64,000 nucleotides of DNA from NCBI GenBank assembly GCA_963771885.1, contig CAVYVF010000023.1, forward strand, positions 224,001-288,000. Direction: 5' to 3'. Shown here piece after piece: positions 59,748-64,000 of this stretch. This DNA is from Candidatus Bathyarchaeota archaeon. Lineage in GTDB: Archaea > Thermoproteota > Bathyarchaeia > TCS64. A program made the translations under genes and the position numbers. The notes beneath the pieces are model-generated. The model had not been told where the DNA came from. It saw only the letters and a list, made by a program, of their open reading frames with translations, and did no database searches. Numbering within the stretch: position 1 is the stretch's first letter; each line of letters opens with the position of its first letter.

Positions 59748-60197
59748 ATGACACGCAAGACAGTCGCCATCCGAGGCCTCGACACGGGGCTTTACAACGA
59801 GGTCTTCTCAATGGCGAAGAAGGATGGCAAGCGCGTCAGCGACCTGGTGAACTCTGCGCTCAAGGCCTATATCGATGGGGACGTTGCTCCTGTTAAACTG
59901 GGGGAGCCAGTCATCGAGGCAGGGGCGACACAGTCTGCCGGCAGCTTCGTCCTCAGCGTGGAGGATGAGGGTGAGGTCACGCTCTCGAAGAACGATGTGC
60001 TTGACATCAGCAGGGACATGGGTCCCTTTAAGATCGAGAGCAGCGGGACGCTGACGTTCGAGAAGGACGTGGACTCTGAGGCACTCAGGGGCATAGAGAA
60101 GATCGTTATCCTCTCGGGTGAGGTCAGGGTGCCGAAGAAGACCTATCCACAGTTCCTTATTAAGTGCCAGATCAAGGGTAAGCTCGACAAGTATTGA
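59748..60197 (+). CDS. Ribbon-helix-helix domain protein with C-terminal beta domain
   Basis: KTVAIRGLDTGLYNEVFSMAKKDGKRVSDLVNSALKAYI. Confidence 0.7.
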   Translation: MTRKTVAIRGLDTGLYNEVFSMAKKDGKRVSDLVNSALKAYIDGDVAPVKLGEPVIEAGATQSAGSFVLSVEDEGEVTLSKNDVLDISRDMGPFKIESSGTLTFEKDVDSEALRGIEKIVILSGEVRVPKKTYPQFLIKCQIKGKLDKY

Positions 60198-60749
60198 GCA
60201 CCCAACGCCTCGTGGGCGTCGAGGACGGCAGCTTCGACGCGTTTCTCCCCGGGCAGACGACGCTCCTGTGCGCGGTCTGCATGGCTGGAGACCGAGTCGA
60301 GTGGGTGAAGCTAGGGAGGGTCAGGGTTGACGGGCGCGAAGCCACGGGTGTATTACTCGGCATGCTCCGGGGCGAGAGATTCGACGCCCTCATCCTCGGC
60401 GGCGTGAGCTTCGCCGGCTTCGATGTCGTCGACCCGCAAGTGTTACGCGAGGAACTTGGTGTCCCTGTCATCGTTTACTCGTCTAAGCTGCCCGACAGCA
60501 CTTCGACGTTATCTGCTCTTAAAGCGAACTTCTCAGACTGGGCGGAGAGGTGGGCACCCATCGAGCGTGATGGGGAGTGTTTACAGCACCATCACAAAAG
60601 ATGGGGAGCCACCGGTCTTCTTCGAGGTCACTGGGTGTACACAGGAGGAAGCAGAAGGAATTCTTCGAACCTCGGTCTCCCTAACCAGAACGCCGGAACC
60701 CGTAAGGGTGGCGGGAATCATCGCGCGCGGGCTCTCTAGAAGCGCTTGA
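60194..60749 (+). CDS. DUF99 family (endonuclease V-like) protein; frameshift near 60570
   Basis: VGVEDG, VDGREAT, GVSFAGFDVVD; PEPVRVA motif in second frame. Confidence 0.85.
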
Positions 60750-62214
60750 AGTCCAGATCGATCGTCTGGTGGGTCTGCAGGTCGAAGATAGTCGCGACAC
60801 CGGTCGTGGGCTCGATCTGCATCCTCTTCTGGAAGGGGGTCTGGTCCTGCCAGCTCCCCGCAGAGACGAGTGTGACGCCTTTGTAGCGCTTTGTCTCGCC
60901 AATATGGACGTGCCCCATCAGTGCGACATCTGGAATGCTGCTTATGACGAGGCGGTCAGTGCGCTCCGGGGCTATTGGCGTGCTCTGCCCGTAGCGGGGC
61001 GCGAGGTGGCGGCATCTAAAGAGGAGCTCCATCGCCTTCAGTGGGTGGTTGAACTCGTAGCCGGGGGTACTACTGAGTATGTCATCCATTCCCTTACCAT
61101 GCTCGGCGAGGAGCTCTACCCCGTTGAGGTTAAGCCTACAGGGGCTGGGGAGCATCTTGACGCGTGGATTCTCGTGTAGCTCCTTCGCGTATTCCTTTGG
61201 AATCGAGGGCTGGGGCATGCTGTGGCGCGTCGCGTCGTGGTTGCCCGGTGTAACGACGATCTCAACGTAGTCGGGGAGTCGTTTCAGGAGCTCAGCGGCG
61301 GCTCTGTACTGTTCGCGGATGTCAGTTATAGTTAACTCGGTGAGCTGATCCGGATAGATGCCCACACCGTCGACGAGGTCGCCGGCAATAACGACGTACT
61401 TGACCTTGGCTGCCGCGTCACGGCTCTGTGAGGGTCCTAGTTCGAGGTTCATCCAGTCGATGAACTTGTCGAAGAGGTCGCCTCGGAAGTACTTTGAGCC
61501 TACATGGACGTCGGCGAGGAGGACGGCATAGAGCGGGTCGGGGCTCCGGCGGGCAGTGTTGGATGGAACATCGGGCCAGATCCAGTCGTTTGCGACGAGT
61601 AGGTCGTCAGTATATTTGACGGCGTCGACGGCGACGACCTGGTCCTCCTGCAATTCGAGCCCTCTGCGCATGACCTCGTCGTCACTAGCCATGACGCTGA
61701 TGGATGATTGGCGGTCCTCGAGCTCGATGAAGAGCTTGGAGCCGCGGGTTCGCTTCTCGGTGACGATACCGATTGTCTTGAGCTTGGTCTTTATAGGGAG
61801 CTTTAACGCCTGCTCGATCGCGACTGCTTCTCGTACGTCTACTCGGCGTTTGAGGATGGTTTCGAGGCGGTCGTATCTGCTCTGGAAGTAGTTGAGAAAG
61901 CCCTCGGCGTTACTTGCAGGTTCGGCAGGTTCCTCGTCGAGGACCTTGAGGGGGGTGCCTTTGTCCCTAGCGGGGATCGGGCGGTTTTTTATGGGGAGTG
62001 GTTCGGGTCGGGTGGTCTCGACGAGGGCGAATAAGAAGCCCTTATCGAGAACGAAAAGGGGTGGAGAGGCGGAGTCAGCCTTTATGATTGCCTTCTGGGT
62101 GATGGTCTCGGCGATCTCAGCGGATAGCCCGTAGAGGTACGAGTATGCTTCGGGGCTTAGTTGGTAGCCCGCTGTGATGATGTGCTGTAGGAACGGTGGC
62201 ATCCGCTGACTCAA
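60736..62214 (-). CDS. polB: DNA polymerase D (Pol II) small subunit DP1
   Basis: OB fold, ADVHVGS, AGDLVDGVGIYP, PGNHD, HG, RHLAP.YG, GHVH, GSWQDQT. Confidence 0.95.
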   Translation of the reverse strand: MSQRMPPFLQHIITAGYQLSPEAYSYLYGLSAEIAETITQKAIIKADSASPPLFVLDKGFLFALVETTRPEPLPIKNRPIPARDKGTPLKVLDEEPAEPASNAEGFLNYFQSRYDRLETILKRRVDVREAVAIEQALKLPIKTKLKTIGIVTEKRTRGSKLFIELEDRQSSISVMASDDEVMRRGLELQEDQVVAVDAVKYTDDLLVANDWIWPDVPSNTARRSPDPLYAVLLADVHVGSKYFRGDLFDKFIDWMNLELGPSQSRDAAAKVKYVVIAGDLVDGVGIYPDQLTELTITDIREQYRAAAELLKRLPDYVEIVVTPGNHDATRHSMPQPSIPKEYAKELHENPRVKMLPSPCRLNLNGVELLAEHGKGMDDILSSTPGYEFNHPLKAMELLFRCRHLAPRYGQSTPIAPERTDRLVISSIPDVALMGHVHIGETKRYKGVTLVSAGSWQDQTPFQKRMQIEPTTGVATIFDLQTHQTIDLDFKRF

Positions 62215-62224
62215 TCTGGGTTTC

Positions 62225-62566
62225 TCACTTCGCCTTTGCTAAGTAGTCTTCGCGAGGCGGGGCGAAGGTCTCGATGAGTATGGTCTCGCCTTTACTAGTG
62301 TTTACCCAGTCGTGGCTCTCGCCTCCGGGTATCTGCCAGCTGGCGCCGGCGACGGTCTTGAACTTCTTCCCGTCGCTAGTTAGAACGCCTTCGCCCTTGA
62401 TGCATGTGCCAATCTGCTCATGGGGGTGTTTGTGATCGGGGACGACCGCGCCTGGCTGGGCGATTATGTAGGTGAGCATCGTCTTCTCGCCGCTTCCTAT
62501 GATCCTGATCTCGACGCCTGGTGCGGGCGTCATGCGTGGTGCCTTCTCCCAACTATTGGTCTTCAT
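62225..62566 (-). CDS. Cupin domain protein
   Basis: PDHKHPHEQ, IPGGESH, ETFAPPREDY. Confidence 0.9.
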   Translation of the reverse strand: MKTNSWEKAPRMTPAPGVEIRIIGSGEKTMLTYIIAQPGAVVPDHKHPHEQIGTCIKGEGVLTSDGKKFKTVAGASWQIPGGESHDWVNTSKGETILIETFAPPREDYLAKAK

Positions 62567-62748
62567 GTCGTATCTCTGGGGGATTGTGAGGGTATAAAGG
62601 ATACTCGGCTTGTGGCTGCTACCACAATGCACGTACATTAATAGACAAAATCAGAGGCATTTAGTTCGGTTACGTGTCCGAAAAACGTCGTTTTCGCTAC
62701 ACTTTTCGTGCATGAAGATAGAGATCGGGGTGAACGTCACTGTTAGAA

Positions 62749-63417
62749 CTAGAGACTCGGCTGCTGCTCGAGCTGCTGCTGGATGAGGTCGCGTATTTCC
62801 TTGCGGACACTGTAGCGGTAGGGCATAGCGTTTGTGCTGCGGTCGACAAAGCCCGACTCATAGAGCTTCTTGAGCATGCGCGCCGTATGCTCGCGTGTTG
62901 TGCCGAGGTGCTCCCTGATCTCGGGGACGGCGCCCTCGCCTACTTCAGCGATCTTCTTCAGGGCGCTGAGCTCCGTCTCGGTTAGCTGGCTGAGTATGTT
63001 ACCCTGCTGGACGGGTATGGGTGCCACTATGTCCTGGCGGACAACAATGCGCTGCTTGGGCGCCGTGGCGAGCTTTTGGACCTCCTTGCGGAGGGACTCC
63101 ATCGAGGTCTCGTTTGTCTCGACGCGGTTCTGAAGGCTCTTGACGGCTTCGAGGCCCTTGAGTGTTGCTTCCTTTGCCTCGCCGCTGTTGCGTAGCGCCT
63201 CAGATGCGACTATCTTGGCGGTGGTCGCCTCGTTCTCAGCCTTGGCGACGTCCTGCTGGAGTCTGTTCACCTGACGCGTGAAGCCGAATGTGATGTTGCG
63301 CACTGACTCGCGGGCGTCGTCGTACTCGGTAGTGGCCTCCTGAATCTTACGATAGAAAATGATGGAGGCGGCTACGGTTACTAGGAGTAGTGCAGCCGCG
63401 GTGAATGATAACTCCAA
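62749..63417 (-). CDS. Membrane-anchored coiled-coil protein with C-terminal MarR-like wHTH
   Basis: N-terminal TM; LTETELSAL...TREHTARMLKKLYESGFVDR..PYRY. Confidence 0.75.
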   Translation of the reverse strand: MELSFTAAALLLVTVAASIIFYRKIQEATTEYDDARESVRNITFGFTRQVNRLQQDVAKAENEATTAKIVASEALRNSGEAKEATLKGLEAVKSLQNRVETNETSMESLRKEVQKLATAPKQRIVVRQDIVAPIPVQQGNILSQLTETELSALKKIAEVGEGAVPEIREHLGTTREHTARMLKKLYESGFVDRSTNAMPYRYSVRKEIRDLIQQQLEQQPSL

Positions 63418-63552
63418 GGTATCGCCGTCGAGTTTGCTCTGAGTGCATTGAGGCGTGCCGTGCTTTTTACTCCTCCGGTTACCCTCGCCGGGTGGCTGCA
63501 ACCGGGGAACTGACTATTTAAAAGACTCCGCCCACCATAGCTTTGAATCCGC

Positions 63553-64000
63553 TTGGCCGCCGAGCGAGTCGAGGCAGAGGTGCACGTCACCGGGAGGGTG
63601 CAGGGGGTGGGCTTCCGCCCCTTCATCTATCGCCTCGCCGTCCGCCACGGCCTAAGTGGTTACGTCATTAACCTCGGTGACGCCGGCGTAGAAGTCGTGG
63701 TCGAAGGCGCAGCCGAGGACGTGGGCGACTTCATAAACGCAATCAAGGCCGAGGCGCCCACGGTCTCCGAGGTTAGCGGTGTACACGCCCACCACAAGCC
63801 CTACAGGGGCAGGTTCACAGGGTTCGTCATCGACAAGAGCAGGACCATAGGGCAGTCGGCCTCGGGTATCTTCCCTCCCGACATCGGCATCTGCCCCGAT
63901 TGCCTCATGGATATGGAGGACAGGAAAGGACGCTGGTTCGAGTACCCGTTCACAGCCTGCGCCTGGTGCGGGCCACGCTTCACAGGCGTTAGGGAACTCC
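63553..64000 (+). CDS. hypF: Carbamoyltransferase HypF (partial)
   Basis: Hand translation: VTGRVQGVGFRPFIYRLA..GYVIN..; PPDIGICPDC; YPFTACAWCGPRFT. Confidence 0.93.
   Translation, partial: MAAERVEAEVHVTGRVQGVGFRPFIYRLAVRHGLSGYVINLGDAGVEVVVEGAAEDVGDFINAIKAEAPTVSEVSGVHAHHKPYRGRFTGFVIDKSRTIGQSASGIFPPDIGICPDCLMDMEDRKGRWFEYPFTACAWCGPRFTGVREL

Noticed and set aside
60736..62750. Replication origin beside DP1
   Set aside because: No cdc6/orc1 gene and no recognisable ORB (GTTCCAGTGGAAAC-like) repeats.
1..64000. Numerous antisense/overlapping ORFs of 60-260 aa; tRNA and rRNA genes
   Set aside because: The ORFs are shadows of GC-rich genes with no motifs; no cloverleaf/T-loop or rRNA signature was recognised in intergenic regions.

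Overview
Archaeal genomic window. The DNA polymerase D small subunit, translin-like protein, DUF99, DUF169 paralogues, PhoU/TrkA-C/MgtE cluster and TATA-type promoters point to an archaeon; Bathyarchaeia is my best guess (inference only). Most of it is a GC-rich backbone of transport, amino-acid/peptide/sugar catabolism and housekeeping genes (alaX, msrA, nikR, cysS, DEAD helicase, PolD DP1, hypF). About 8 genes are split by single-base indels, most likely long-read errors. Three accessory zones stand out. (i) 26.1-27.85 kb holds two tandem, anciently diverged remnants of one unknown gene, each loaded with its own short iteron-like repeats and punctuated by six copies of a palindromic AAnGGTRCCAWT site. 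(ii) About 29.7-34.7 kb is an AT-richer island with a solo cas1 (casposase-like) fragment, a small HTH gene, a membrane-spanning thermonuclease/B-repeat/Myb-like protein and a methyltransferase. (iii) About 42.3-51.8 kb encodes membrane, zinc-ribbon and surface proteins, including an SPFH operon. Several cis elements are visible: a BlaI-type operator palindrome, a start-codon-sequestering leader on the DEAD helicase, and an 8-bp box array before an RHH gene. I saw no rRNA, tRNA or CRISPR array. All calls come from reading the sequence by eye; no searches were run.
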